45,611 bases of DNA from a virus (IMGVR_UViG_3300037991_002113:1-45611); one strand, 5' to 3'. Counted from the first letter of the stretch, positions 27,767-37,174 are shown. The notes: generated from the letters alone by a model not told the origin. Translations and numbers: made by a program.

Positions 27767-28246
27767 TTAGGCACCAACGCCTACATACTCAATCACGAGG
27801 TCAGCTTTACCTGCGGTCAGAGTAGCAGCGGAAGGTGTGACGTATACGACACCACGGTTAGAACCGATGGTAGATGTACCGCCAACCAGAGCACCGTCAC
27901 AGTTTACTACAGCACCGGAGCCAAGAGCACCGAAGGCGATAGTTGCATCAATGCCATCGGCATCAATAACAGTCTGGTCAGGTTGAGCAAGACCGATGGA
28001 TACAGTCTCGGTACCAGCACCGGCAATAGCTTCAGTTACCACGAGAGTAGCTTTAGTAATTGCAGAACCAGCAGGGATATAAGCATCCCATTCAGAGACA
28101 TCCGTCAGGGCGTGGTTACCATTGACAAGATCAATAGACACTGTCATGTGGTTAGTTGCCTGTACAGCGTTACGACCCTTAGGGTTTTCCTCTGCACGGT
28201 CAAGACCAAACTTAACCTTCAGGCCATCAAAGTTATCCCAAGACAT
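27767..28246 (-). CDS. putative capsid decoration/minor capsid protein
   Basis: 159 aa directly downstream of the MCP and before the terminator. Confidence 0.55.
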   Translation of the reverse strand: MSWDNFDGLKVKFGLDRAEENPKGRNAVQATNHMTVSIDLVNGNHALTDVSEWDAYIPAGSAITKATLVVTEAIAGAGTETVSIGLAQPDQTVIDADGIDATIAFGALGSGAVVNCDGALVGGTSTIGSNRGVVYVTPSAATLTAGKADLVIEYVGVGA

Positions 28247-28258
28247 ATTAAGTCCTCC

Positions 28259-29224
28259 TTATACGGTTGGGTCTGCTACGACGGTGATCAGGTTTTCTGG
28301 GCGGAAGACCTTAGTACCATAGCGAGCAGTTGTTACAGTTTCCCAACGCTGGAAGTCTTTGTTGTATTCGGTATCTACCTCAGGCATCTGACGCCATGCA
28401 GCCTTCCAAGGAAGGATATCAGACGTTGCAGAGAAGAAGTAGTTAGCCTTACCAGCAGTGGAAGAGAAGTCGTTAGTGGTCGTACCATCACGCTCAGGCA
28501 GAGCACTGTCGGTTACTTCTGGCAGGTAGTCAGAGGTATAGACGTCAAAGCCATATACGTTCTTAACAAACTGGACAGAGGAGCCATCAATAGCATCAGC
28601 CACGATACCTTCCCAACGAGGGTTGTTGGATACGTCAACCAGATTGGACAGAGTGTTCAACTCATATTCCAAAGATGGGTCGACAATAGCCACCAAGTTC
28701 TGTGCAGGGACATTAGCTTTCTTCAGTGCATAGCGAGCATACGCGAAGTCAGCAATCTCCAGTTTACCAGCGTTACCACCAGACATACGGTGGTATGCAC
28801 CGTTGATTGCACCCTGTGCGTTGGCAGAGTACAGGTCCTCAGGGCGAGCCAGAACGTCAGTCTCAAAGCGTTCCATGATAGCACGGGATTGCTTAGGGAC
28901 AAACTCAGACATTACGCGGTCCATGTAGAACGAGTCTTGCAGGTTCTTCTTGGTCACGTAGGTACCCGACTGGAGGTACTCAGTGATGGAGAATTGCCAT
29001 TCACCAGTATCCAGAGGACGGTACTCAACAGCGGTATCTTCTGTGTAGTCGTTTACCGATGCATCACCAACGGATGGGATAGTGAAGGTGTCACCATCTG
29101 GGAAGCCATCCAGCATATCGACCCAGCGCATTGCCATCAGGTCGTCTTTCAAAGTCTCCTTGAGTTCACTCGACCACAGTTCAGAGCGGATGAGATACTC
29201 GGAGGTTGCAGTAGTCATAGTCAT
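28259..29224 (-). CDS. major capsid protein
   Basis: 321 aa, LIRSELWS, GDTFTIPSVG, ARYGTKVFRPE; follows the scaffold gene. Confidence 0.9.
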   Translation of the reverse strand: MTMTTATSEYLIRSELWSSELKETLKDDLMAMRWVDMLDGFPDGDTFTIPSVGDASVNDYTEDTAVEYRPLDTGEWQFSITEYLQSGTYVTKKNLQDSFYMDRVMSEFVPKQSRAIMERFETDVLARPEDLYSANAQGAINGAYHRMSGGNAGKLEIADFAYARYALKKANVPAQNLVAIVDPSLEYELNTLSNLVDVSNNPRWEGIVADAIDGSSVQFVKNVYGFDVYTSDYLPEVTDSALPERDGTTTNDFSSTAGKANYFFSATSDILPWKAAWRQMPEVDTEYNKDFQRWETVTTARYGTKVFRPENLITVVADPTV

Positions 29225-29243
29225 TTGACTAATCTCCTAGTTT

Positions 29244-30011
29244 TTAAGTGTTACCAAATTTACTTCCGAGTCGCATCTTGTCTGCCATCATTTGCTTTTG
29301 TATACGTGGCGAGAAGTACTCGGAACGGTTAGTGCGGCGAAGGTTCTGGTAGTAAGCCCAGTCACGATCACCAGTTGTAGTAAACGTATCAGCCGAAGTA
29401 TTGATGGTACCTTTACCCGGAAGAGGGTTAGATTCCTTGTTAGCTTCACCACCTACGAGACGCATGAAAGCAGCAGGGGATTCAGCGGCCAAGTCTTGGA
29501 GACGTTCTTTAGACATTCCAAGCTCAGTACTTCGTTGAGACATTACTTCGTCTACCTTGTTGCCGTAGAGTTCTGTAAGCTTAGCATCAACAGTTTGAAG
29601 GTTGTTGGTGCGTACAGTCTCTTTGTCTCGGCCTTCGATGGTGGACATAATAAGGTTCTTTAACTCATCCTCACTAAACTGGGGAGTGGTGTTCTCCTGC
29701 TCAGTGCCACCAGTATTAACTACAGGGTTCTCCCCGGTGGAGGGCGTTCCTTTGTTCTGTAGTTTCTCCATGAGTTCCTTGGCGTAATCCTGTTTGTCCA
29801 GTTCCCCACGTAGCTCCTTGAGTTGTCCCTCTAGGTTAGCGATGTGAGTATCAGCCTCTAGTTTCCCTTTGGCTAGGACTTGTGGATCAGCCCAAGTATC
29901 TCCTTTGGACTTGACTACCTCAGCTACAAAATCAGTTGGGTTCTGAGGTTGTTCTTGAGTAGTCTGTTCTTGTTGGTTGGTCTGGTTACCATCCTGAGTG
30001 AAATAGGACAC
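29244..30011 (-). CDS. capsid scaffolding protein
   Basis: Acidic coiled-coil protein between portal and MCP. Confidence 0.7.
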   Translation of the reverse strand: MSYFTQDGNQTNQQEQTTQEQPQNPTDFVAEVVKSKGDTWADPQVLAKGKLEADTHIANLEGQLKELRGELDKQDYAKELMEKLQNKGTPSTGENPVVNTGGTEQENTTPQFSEDELKNLIMSTIEGRDKETVRTNNLQTVDAKLTELYGNKVDEVMSQRSTELGMSKERLQDLAAESPAAFMRLVGGEANKESNPLPGKGTINTSADTFTTTGDRDWAYYQNLRRTNRSEYFSPRIQKQMMADKMRLGSKFGNT

Positions 30012-30015
30012 TTGG

Positions 30016-30249
30016 TTAGTCTTCCTGTTTGATATTGATTAACTTAAGGACATCTTCAATAGCTTGGTTGTAGCCATTGTTGTGTGCCTGATGAAATGCC
30101 CATGATGGGCTATCGTAGTCTGGGGAGGATTTATCCTTCTTCTCCAAGACCTCTGCGAGAGCTTCAAAGGCATTTAGATACGACTTGATCTCCTCCTTTC
30201 GCTTCTCCTTGGCCTCACCTTTGAGACCAGACAGCCAGATAGTTTGCAT
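30016..30249 (-). CDS. hypothetical protein
   Basis: 77 aa ORF between portal and scaffold. Confidence 0.7.
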   Translation of the reverse strand: MQTIWLSGLKGEAKEKRKEEIKSYLNAFEALAEVLEKKDKSSPDYDSPSWAFHQAHNNGYNQAIEDVLKLINIKQED

Positions 30250-30250
30250 A

Positions 30251-31966
30251 TTACAATCCTGACTCGGCTGCTACCTGAAGCTCTTCTTGGTTCTGAGCCT
30301 CAGCATCTTGTGATGCACGTTGAGTTTCTAGTTGTTCCTCAACTGCAATGTTCTCTCCGTAGAGTTCGTCTTCTCCCAGTTCATAGGCGACAATCTCAGC
30401 AATCTTCTTACCTGAGAGGTGTACACCTACTGTAGGGTCAGCTTTAAGTTGGAGCATCTGTGTAATGTTCTGGACACGCTGGGCACGTTCAGCAAAGTGT
30501 CGGGCACCTACAGGGATGATCTTACCTTTAGCCGTGATGTCTTCTTTGGTGATAGACTTAAAGATGGTGGCGTTAAACTCATCGTCCAAGACTCGGATAG
30601 TATCAGCCTCATCCAAGTTACGACGACCGGACTCAAGCATAGAATTCAAGATAGGTTCAATAAACTCTTTCTCTAGCTTGGCAGCTTTGTTCTGGAAGAT
30701 ACGACCAGCAGCATTCTGGAGAGTCTGGACTTCGAAGGCTGTCTTCTCACCGGGGGTACGGATGCCCATAGCTTGACGTGGAGCACCAGCCAGTTCTTCC
30801 ATCTTATTCTCTAGGTTCTGAATCTGGAAGTCAGCGTTAAGTGCTGTGGCATCAGGCACCAGAGGAGCTACGTCACCTTCTTCACCCATGATGATACGCT
30901 CACCGGGGGCATACTCAAAGTCTTCCACCTCTCCACGAATCTTCAAGACTGGTAGAGCAATCTGGTCAAAGACATCAGCCTTAAGGTTCTCAAGGTGGTC
31001 AATACGATACTGCATACCAACCAAGTTGTCCAAGGGACCCATAGCGTAGAGGTTGTCAGGACGACTACGCCAACCAGAGTGGAAGATAGGTGCGGAGCCT
31101 AGCCAAGAAGGAATCTCTTCGTCGGAGACAATGTAAGCCCTATCAGCTACAGTGATCATACGATTCTCTTTGAACTCCCCTGAGTCTACATCGTAGATGT
31201 CACCGTAGAAGGTCAGGAGTTCCACATAGTTTGAACCGTAGTAGTGCTGGATGTTGGAGAACCCATCAGCTACGAAACCATCAGCCTTGTGGACTTCATC
31301 TGCCGAACCTACCTGAGTACGGAGGTTAAGCATCTTATTGAAGTCTTCCTCTGGGATAACCTTCTTAGCATCTCCCAGTGTCATCAGGGTACGGATGATC
31401 TTAGGGGAAGACTTGAAGTCAGAGGAGATAGGGTTGAAGACAATATCGTAAGGGGAGATACGGACTAGGTTAGGGCCTACGTAGTCAACGACTTGTTCAC
31501 CGTTAACCTCGGTGTAGTCTGTCAGGTGCTCCACTGTGGCGAAGCAGTTACCGAAGAGGATGTAATCATCGATGAGACGATCCATGGTAACTTCGAACTG
31601 AGACTGACGTACCTTGTTCTCCATATAGGCTTGGATAACATTACGCTTCTCATCCCTAGCCGCTGCCTTGTCCTCAGCTTCCCAGCGCATCCAGTTGGAG
31701 TTAGGGAAGATAGCCGCCGTGTAGTTGGCCTTGAGGTTGTCATAGATTTGACAGAGCTTAGGGGTGGTAGTTGAGTTAGACCATGGGAGCTTAGCGTTGG
31801 AAGTCGTACTAGTATCTGTAGCGTAGATATAGTTACGGAGTTCCTTCTTCTCCTGAATCCATCCTTGGCGATAGTTGTTCCACTCATGCCATTGGTTAGA
31901 AATCTCAGCAGCTAACTGGTGAGGCTCCATAATGGATTCAAAGTCTAGTGTTGTTCCTCGTGCCAT
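30251..31966 (-). CDS. portal protein
   Basis: 571 aa after TerL; RISPYDIVFNP, YAMGP, EKTAFEV. Confidence 0.85.
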   Translation of the reverse strand: MARGTTLDFESIMEPHQLAAEISNQWHEWNNYRQGWIQEKKELRNYIYATDTSTTSNAKLPWSNSTTTPKLCQIYDNLKANYTAAIFPNSNWMRWEAEDKAAARDEKRNVIQAYMENKVRQSQFEVTMDRLIDDYILFGNCFATVEHLTDYTEVNGEQVVDYVGPNLVRISPYDIVFNPISSDFKSSPKIIRTLMTLGDAKKVIPEEDFNKMLNLRTQVGSADEVHKADGFVADGFSNIQHYYGSNYVELLTFYGDIYDVDSGEFKENRMITVADRAYIVSDEEIPSWLGSAPIFHSGWRSRPDNLYAMGPLDNLVGMQYRIDHLENLKADVFDQIALPVLKIRGEVEDFEYAPGERIIMGEEGDVAPLVPDATALNADFQIQNLENKMEELAGAPRQAMGIRTPGEKTAFEVQTLQNAAGRIFQNKAAKLEKEFIEPILNSMLESGRRNLDEADTIRVLDDEFNATIFKSITKEDITAKGKIIPVGARHFAERAQRVQNITQMLQLKADPTVGVHLSGKKIAEIVAYELGEDELYGENIAVEEQLETQRASQDAEAQNQEELQVAAESGL

Positions 31967-33516
31967 TAAAAGCTCCTGCCGCCGAACCTAGGGTGGAATA
32001 CGACGTTACCTTGTGACTTACTCTTCTTCATTGATTTAGCTGGGCGTACAGCACCTTCAATAGCTGTAGCTAGGGCATCCTTAACGTCGTCATGGGGTGG
32101 GTTGTTAGACACTAGTTCATCCTCTAGGACTTGAGTGTTACCACCTCGGTAATGCCAGACCTGCATGTTATCATACCGTGGTACTAGCAGAGCCTCCATA
32201 CGTTCCTCCTTGGAGCCTTCATGCCGAGTAGGTTTGACTTCCTCTACACGTAGCATGACACCATGAGGGGCTAGGTAGTCCTGCTTAAGAGACTTAACGA
32301 TAGCTTGTTGGGCTGCTGTAGTCTCTGCCCTAAGTTTCTTAAAGCCCCACTTATTGTGGAGAGCTAAGAGGTTCTTGAAGTACTCAGATATCTTATCAGT
32401 CTGAAACCTGTCGATGTCTAAGACATATATGGTATTATCCTCGTCTACCCCAATCACTACGATAGCTGTATAGTCAGCCTCCTTACGTGTGGAGTATGCG
32501 AAGTCCATAGCTGCTACTAGGTTCAACCTACGGCCTTTGTAATACCAGTAGCCTCGCTCTAGCTCCAAGTGTTTCTTATCGAAGTACTGGAACTTATCAT
32601 AATCGATAGGTCGGCTATCAGGGTCAGTAGGGTCGTTGTAGTACTGAGCACGGAACTGTGTACGGTCTACATACTTAGCCTTCTTACGGGCAAGTTCCCT
32701 GATGTCGAACCCAAACCACTTACCATCTTTACGTTGTTGGCGAGGCCATAGGAACTGTCCGGTACCATCCCCTCGATCTTCCACTTCACGTTCGAGAATC
32801 TCATAGATGTTCTCTTCGCCAGTTACTTGACCGTCCTCGTCAAAGGTAGGTTCCACCATAGCAAGCATAGTTGCGTATAGGTCCTTGGGGTGGTACCGTG
32901 TGCCTACTACCCACTCCTGTGCACCTGTACCTTCGATAGAGGCTAGGAGGGAGTACTGGGTTTCTACTTTGTTACGACCTTCTTGAGTGTAGGCATTCTC
33001 ATATACTACGACATCATCCAATACTGCAATGTCGAAGTGGAGACCTGTAATCCCTGTAGTCAAGCCAGCAGTCATGATACTAGGGTCACGAATCTGCTCA
33101 TGTGCTCGGAGGGGGTGGTCTAGTTCAATCTCAGTCTGGGTCCACTTAGACCTCTTACCTTCCTCAGGGTGGATGTGATCAGGCCAGTAGTGTCTATGGA
33201 CATCAGACTCAAAGATTTGTTTGATGAAGCCAAGTTGTTTCTGGGCTAGGTTAGATGTAGCTGAGATATACAGGACACGCAGTGTAGGGTCCTTAGTGAG
33301 TTCCCAAGCTACCCTGTAAGCTACCATAGCTGACTTACCATGGTCCCGAGGGAAGAGGACTAGCTGGTGATCCTTAGCATCTGGGCGACACCACCAATCA
33401 ATTAGTTCCTTGTGGCATCCGCCTAGGGCACGCTGGCCTTTAGAGACTAGGTTGATAAAGACCTCTAGGCTAGCCTCAGCAGCTTCCCTAACTTGGTCTT
33501 TGCTGCTGCTAGTCAT
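31966..33516 (-). CDS. terL: terminase large subunit
   Basis: Walker A PRDHGKS, Walker B AVLDD, VVGTRY, nuclease MDFA...DYTA...HDDVKDA. Confidence 0.95.
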   Translation of the reverse strand: MTSSSKDQVREAAEASLEVFINLVSKGQRALGGCHKELIDWWCRPDAKDHQLVLFPRDHGKSAMVAYRVAWELTKDPTLRVLYISATSNLAQKQLGFIKQIFESDVHRHYWPDHIHPEEGKRSKWTQTEIELDHPLRAHEQIRDPSIMTAGLTTGITGLHFDIAVLDDVVVYENAYTQEGRNKVETQYSLLASIEGTGAQEWVVGTRYHPKDLYATMLAMVEPTFDEDGQVTGEENIYEILEREVEDRGDGTGQFLWPRQQRKDGKWFGFDIRELARKKAKYVDRTQFRAQYYNDPTDPDSRPIDYDKFQYFDKKHLELERGYWYYKGRRLNLVAAMDFAYSTRKEADYTAIVVIGVDEDNTIYVLDIDRFQTDKISEYFKNLLALHNKWGFKKLRAETTAAQQAIVKSLKQDYLAPHGVMLRVEEVKPTRHEGSKEERMEALLVPRYDNMQVWHYRGGNTQVLEDELVSNNPPHDDVKDALATAIEGAVRPAKSMKKSKSQGNVVFHPRFGGRSF

Positions 33517-34043
33517 TAGTTAATTAAACCCTCTTCACGTAGACGATCTAAGTCATCCTTAACTTGAGTAGAAGCTTCTTGGGTTGAAGACTTAGACTTC
33601 TTAGCTGCTACCTTAGTACGCTTATCTTTCCATGGTTCATCAATCAAGAACTTAGAGGCTGTGAAGGCTGAGCGACCACCTGAGTCTACTTCATTGATTA
33701 CAGCTTTGAATGCTTTAGACTTACGCTTGACATCAGCGTGGTGGACCATCTGGTCATATGCCTTCTTGAAGAACTTAAGCTTCTTGATACGTTCCCAAGC
33801 CTCTAGCTCCCCGAAGACTGCCATAGCGAAATCATACTCACTTGGGTCATCTACACAGTACTGGACGTAGAGGTCAGGGAGATAGATAAACCTATCCTCA
33901 TGGAATCTGGAGACAGTGAAGATAGCTTTGTCTAGGCGCTGAGTGCAGAGATCAATGATGAGACCAGACGTATAGGGGATGTTGTTGTCTGAGTACAGGT
34001 AAGAACGGTCTAAGGGCAGGGTTTTCTTAGAAGAGGACGACAT
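33516..34043 (-). CDS. putative terminase small subunit
   Basis: 175 aa directly upstream of and overlapping terL. Confidence 0.55.
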   Translation of the reverse strand: MSSSSKKTLPLDRSYLYSDNNIPYTSGLIIDLCTQRLDKAIFTVSRFHEDRFIYLPDLYVQYCVDDPSEYDFAMAVFGELEAWERIKKLKFFKKAYDQMVHHADVKRKSKAFKAVINEVDSGGRSAFTASKFLIDEPWKDKRTKVAAKKSKSSTQEASTQVKDDLDRLREEGLIN

Positions 34044-34270
34044 AATAAGATATATAGCTCCTATACGCTTAGGCCCTCCTAAGGTACTACCTTACATCTT
34101 GTAAGGACTTCCTTAGTGGGCCTAGGGATTACTTAAGTATACTTAGGTTTAACTTAAGTTTAATTAATAGTATTATATAATATCTAGTATCATACTTAGT
34201 ACTTATATAAGTCTTAATATCATACTAGACATCACTAAGCACTATACCTTAGTAAGTAGCTTATAGTATA

Positions 34271-34299
34271 ATTATAACGTATTCCTTTGTAGAAGTCAA
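34271..34299 (-). promoter_or_regulatory. sigma70-type promoter for the morphogenesis arm
   Basis: On - strand TTGACT-17 nt-TATAAT. Confidence 0.85.
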
Positions 34300-34636
34300 G
34301 AAGAATCTTCACCTTTGGTACAACTTTTTTACACCTCCATGATTTTGTTGAGAAAATATTTTGGTGTCATTCAGAATATATAAGGCCCCCGGTGCCCCCC
34401 TTGGCCCCCCTTTGGTATATCCGAGGGAAACACTAATGTTAATCCTTGTTACTTGCGAACCATTCTCATGTTGACCACGGTCATTTTTGGTGTATCACAC
34501 CCAACCCATAAACCTTTGGCCTATGTCACTGATTTACAACACTGTATCCCTTTGGCCACACCTTGAACAACGTTCACAAATACACATTGACTTCCTATGT
34601 CTTCTATGCTTACGCGCACGTGCGTTCTCTATACGC

Positions 34637-34666
34637 TTGCACTTGTGCTTCACCTCACCCTATCCT
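34637..34666 (+). promoter_or_regulatory. candidate early promoter
   Basis: TTGCAC-18 nt-TATCCT. Confidence 0.45.
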
Positions 34667-34691
34667 TAAGTATAGGTATGGAATTTCTTAC

Positions 34692-34720
34692 TTGCGTTCC
34701 CTGTTGGCTAGGTCTAGGTT
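34692..34720 (+). promoter_or_regulatory. candidate early promoter
   Basis: TTGCGT-17 nt-TAGGTT. Confidence 0.45.
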
Positions 34721-34812
34721 GGTGTCATCGATACGCAGACCTCTAACCAAGCGCTAGAGCACGATAGTGCGACGCATTAAAATGCTAACGGCAACAGAGT
34801 TAGAAAGAGCTA

Positions 34813-34841
34813 TTGACAAGTACGGTGCAAGGCCCTACGTT
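34813..34841 (+). promoter_or_regulatory. sigma70-type early promoter
   Basis: TTGACA-17 nt-TACGTT. Confidence 0.75.
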
Positions 34842-34847
34842 AATCTC

Positions 34848-35263
34848 TAAGCCAAGGCACAAGGCTCTAAATGTGTTCACGCTTGGCACGACGTTAGTAT
34901 CGGCCACCGCTAGATGACTTAAGGCACTTGGGCGCATAGTTGACCCGTATGTGGATTGAGTAACATGGTACGCTCTTTGATATTTCCCTAGTGATAGGGT
35001 TTGCACCTTTCGTCAGGTTGGTTAGGTGCACAGCGATTAGATCAACCTCTTTAGTGGTTCGCTAAGTGCGTACTACTTCTGCCCAGTCCCGATGCACTGT
35101 TGTAAGACTTTCCTTAACGAGAACCACTTAGGAAGGATCACAGGCAAGCGGGTAGGTGGCCCACGGCGAATGCAAAGTGGGGAAATAGAATTATCTATGA
35201 ATAGTCAGAAGGCTTTCACGGTAGTCAACTAGGACGCCTATGAGAGCCTTTATGAGTATTCAT
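34848..35263 (+). ncRNA. candidate structured leader / non-coding RNA
   Basis: No convincing + ORF; several complementary stems between the promoter and the first RBS (see findings). Confidence 0.4.
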
Positions 35264-35276
35264 TAAGGAGAAGGAT

Positions 35277-35420
35277 ATGCTACCTCACCAAGAGTTGCAA
35301 AAGCTCATTGATCGTTACCCAGCTAATGACAGTGACCCTTTTGTCGTAAGCCTCTACAAATTGATTATGTTCAAGAGGGGCCTGAAGAAACTGAAACGTA
35401 AACATAACATCAAGGAGTAA
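35277..35420 (+). CDS. first early protein (47 aa, not in ORF track)
   Basis: TAAGGAG SD; MLPHQELQKLIDRYP...HNIKE. Confidence 0.7.
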   Translation: MLPHQELQKLIDRYPANDSDPFVVSLYKLIMFKRGLKKLKRKHNIKE

Positions 35421-35426
35421 CACAAA

Positions 35427-35564
35427 ATGAAAATCAACCTGACAGCCAAGCAAGATACTTTCACAGTAGACGGTATCAGGCACACTGCCATCGACTTCAA
35501 GCGGGACGCCAAGACCTTGGCAACCATGATTAAGTCCCGTTTGTTCGCGGCAACCAACAAGTAA
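35427..35564 (+). CDS. early protein (45 aa, not in ORF track)
   Basis: AAGGAG SD; MKINLTAKQDTFTVDG...AATNK. Confidence 0.7.
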   Translation: MKINLTAKQDTFTVDGIRHTAIDFKRDAKTLATMIKSRLFAATNK

Positions 35565-35608
35565 CACTGAAACAACAGCAACATATCAAAGCAAAAAGGA
35601 TGAATGAT

Positions 35609-36115
35609 ATGACTACTGATACAATTCAAAAGTGGGTAGGCAACGCCCGCAACGCTGAGTATGGGTTCTTCAATGCCTGCCTCTATGCCTTGGAACAATT
35701 CCAAGAGAAGAACAACAAGCCACTGTATGCCTTGATTGCCTTCACCAACGGCAAGAAGTTTGGTAGCTATCAGATCGAGCAGGGGTATAAGCTGACCCAA
35801 TTCAATGCACCCTTGAAGCGTGTCCTGAACCACGCCTTGAGTGACGTCAAGTTTACCTTCACCAAGGACGGTAAAGCTAAGGTTAAGGTCGGTGAGAATG
35901 GTGGGGCTAACGCTGATGTCATTCGTGCCATGCGTGAACTGTCCGACCTGCACAAGGGGAAGATTGGTGTGAAGTCTGAACACTTCAAGGAGATGTTCCC
36001 TGCACCTACACCTCAAGCTAAGGAGTTTGATGTTAAGGCATGGGCTGAACGAGCAGCTAAGGCACACCCTGAACAGGTGGAAGCTATGATTGCTGCCCTT
36101 CAGGCACAGCGTTAA
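35609..36115 (+). CDS. early hypothetical protein
   Basis: ~168 aa, core-gene-like codon use; start 35600 or 35609. Confidence 0.8.
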   Translation: MTTDTIQKWVGNARNAEYGFFNACLYALEQFQEKNNKPLYALIAFTNGKKFGSYQIEQGYKLTQFNAPLKRVLNHALSDVKFTFTKDGKAKVKVGENGGANADVIRAMRELSDLHKGKIGVKSEHFKEMFPAPTPQAKEFDVKAWAERAAKAHPEQVEAMIAALQAQR

Positions 36116-36119
36116 GCCA

Positions 36120-36569
36120 ATGAAATATACAATCTTTTCTATTGACAACCCTAACGACTGGCACACGATGGCTAAATTCATGCGTCATGTGGATAGTCTT
36201 AGGGCCTTGTCTAAGCTGAAAGGTGAGGTCATCCAGTGCGTAGGCATGTGGGAAGGGAAGCTTGAGCCTTCCTTCTTGTGTCGTACTGATGACTTCGAAG
36301 ACCATGTCAGGTCTAAGGGGTGGTGTGACAACCAAGACGCAGTGCTCCAAGTAAGTGAGTGCAACAAACAATACGCTCAGTTTCTCTGGCTAGAGACTGG
36401 GCACACTGAGTTTGCAGGTAGCTTGAAGAGTGTCTCTAAGGACACAGCTTTCAAAGAAAACGGGTTCACCTATCGCCCTGACCTTGATACCTATTGGGTC
36501 TTGGTAAGGGGGAACCCTGATACAGTGCCTGAACAAAGAAGCCCATACAGGGCCAGTAACCTAGGTTAG
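36120..36569 (+). CDS. putative S-adenosylmethionine lyase (T3 SAMase-like)
   Basis: G-x-W-EG-x-x-E-x-SF, QDAVL (T3: QDCVL), GSLKSV, GFTY...YW; early position. Confidence 0.65.
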   Translation: MKYTIFSIDNPNDWHTMAKFMRHVDSLRALSKLKGEVIQCVGMWEGKLEPSFLCRTDDFEDHVRSKGWCDNQDAVLQVSECNKQYAQFLWLETGHTEFAGSLKSVSKDTAFKENGFTYRPDLDTYWVLVRGNPDTVPEQRSPYRASNLG

Positions 36570-36651
36570 GCTAGGGTACCACCAGAGACACAGCTAGAGG
36601 CGCTCTACGGTGCCTTACAGGAGGTCTCAAACACAAGGAAAGGGTTAAGGT

Positions 36652-36852
36652 ATGAAGATTAAAACTTGGGATGACATGCCCGCTGGGTCAGTGCTTTACA
36701 AAGACTGGAAAAGGTGGGTTAAATTAACTCATTCCTGTCACATCGTCCCCTCGATGAGCATGTCAGATGTTGGTGGAATGTCAGGCTCTAACCCTTTCGA
36801 TGCCAAGGGTTGGGGTGCATTGAAATATTTTCCCATGCAGTACTTGACATGA
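36652..36852 (+). CDS. small PxEY-tail family protein, variant (ends YFPMQYLT)
   Basis: 66 aa, P at -6 and Y at -3. Confidence 0.75.
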   Translation: MKIKTWDDMPAGSVLYKDWKRWVKLTHSCHIVPSMSMSDVGGMSGSNPFDAKGWGALKYFPMQYLT

Positions 36853-37061
36853 GTGAAGAGACAGGAAAGAGACTAGGGCACTTGGTTCGGGCTGGGCGTT
36901 GTGGGACGTGGTTTAGTTTCCATAAAGGCTGGGACCAAGAGGCTACAGGGGAAACCCAATGTGATTTTTATATCAGGAAGGACATGGTGCTCGGCAGAGG
37001 TGACGGAGGGTATCTCACTAAAGCAAGAGAAATAATTATTCCTCTCCCCTACTTGACATGA
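36849..37061 (+). CDS. small PxEY-tail family protein, variant (ends IIPLPYLT)
   Basis: 70 aa from ATGA-coupled start 36849; P at -6, Y at -3. Confidence 0.7.
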   Translation: MSEETGKRLGHLVRAGRCGTWFSFHKGWDQEATGETQCDFYIRKDMVLGRGDGGYLTKAREIIIPLPYLT

Positions 37062-37082
37062 AGACAAACAGTACTATATATT
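37053..37082 (+). promoter_or_regulatory. sigma70-type promoter
   Basis: TTGACA(37053-37058)-18 nt-TATATT followed by an AT-rich tract. Confidence 0.6.
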
Positions 37083-37174
37083 ATACTTAAGGTATAAGAC
37101 ATATAGTATATATAATACTAAGTATAATACTAGGTGTTATACTAGTAGTGTATACCTAAGGAGGGCCTGATGAA

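Noticed and set aside
27983-29332. 449-aa + strand ORF antisense to the major capsid gene
   Set aside because: No recognisable motifs; an antisense shadow of a strongly codon-biased gene. The same applies to 38949-39764, 35354-36181 and the other antisense ORFs in the track
35080-35140. Cobalamin riboswitch (ACTGT...CCACT...GGAAGG resemblance)
   Set aside because: The upstream AGGGAA and downstream B12-box elements are not evident; too weak to call without a covariance search
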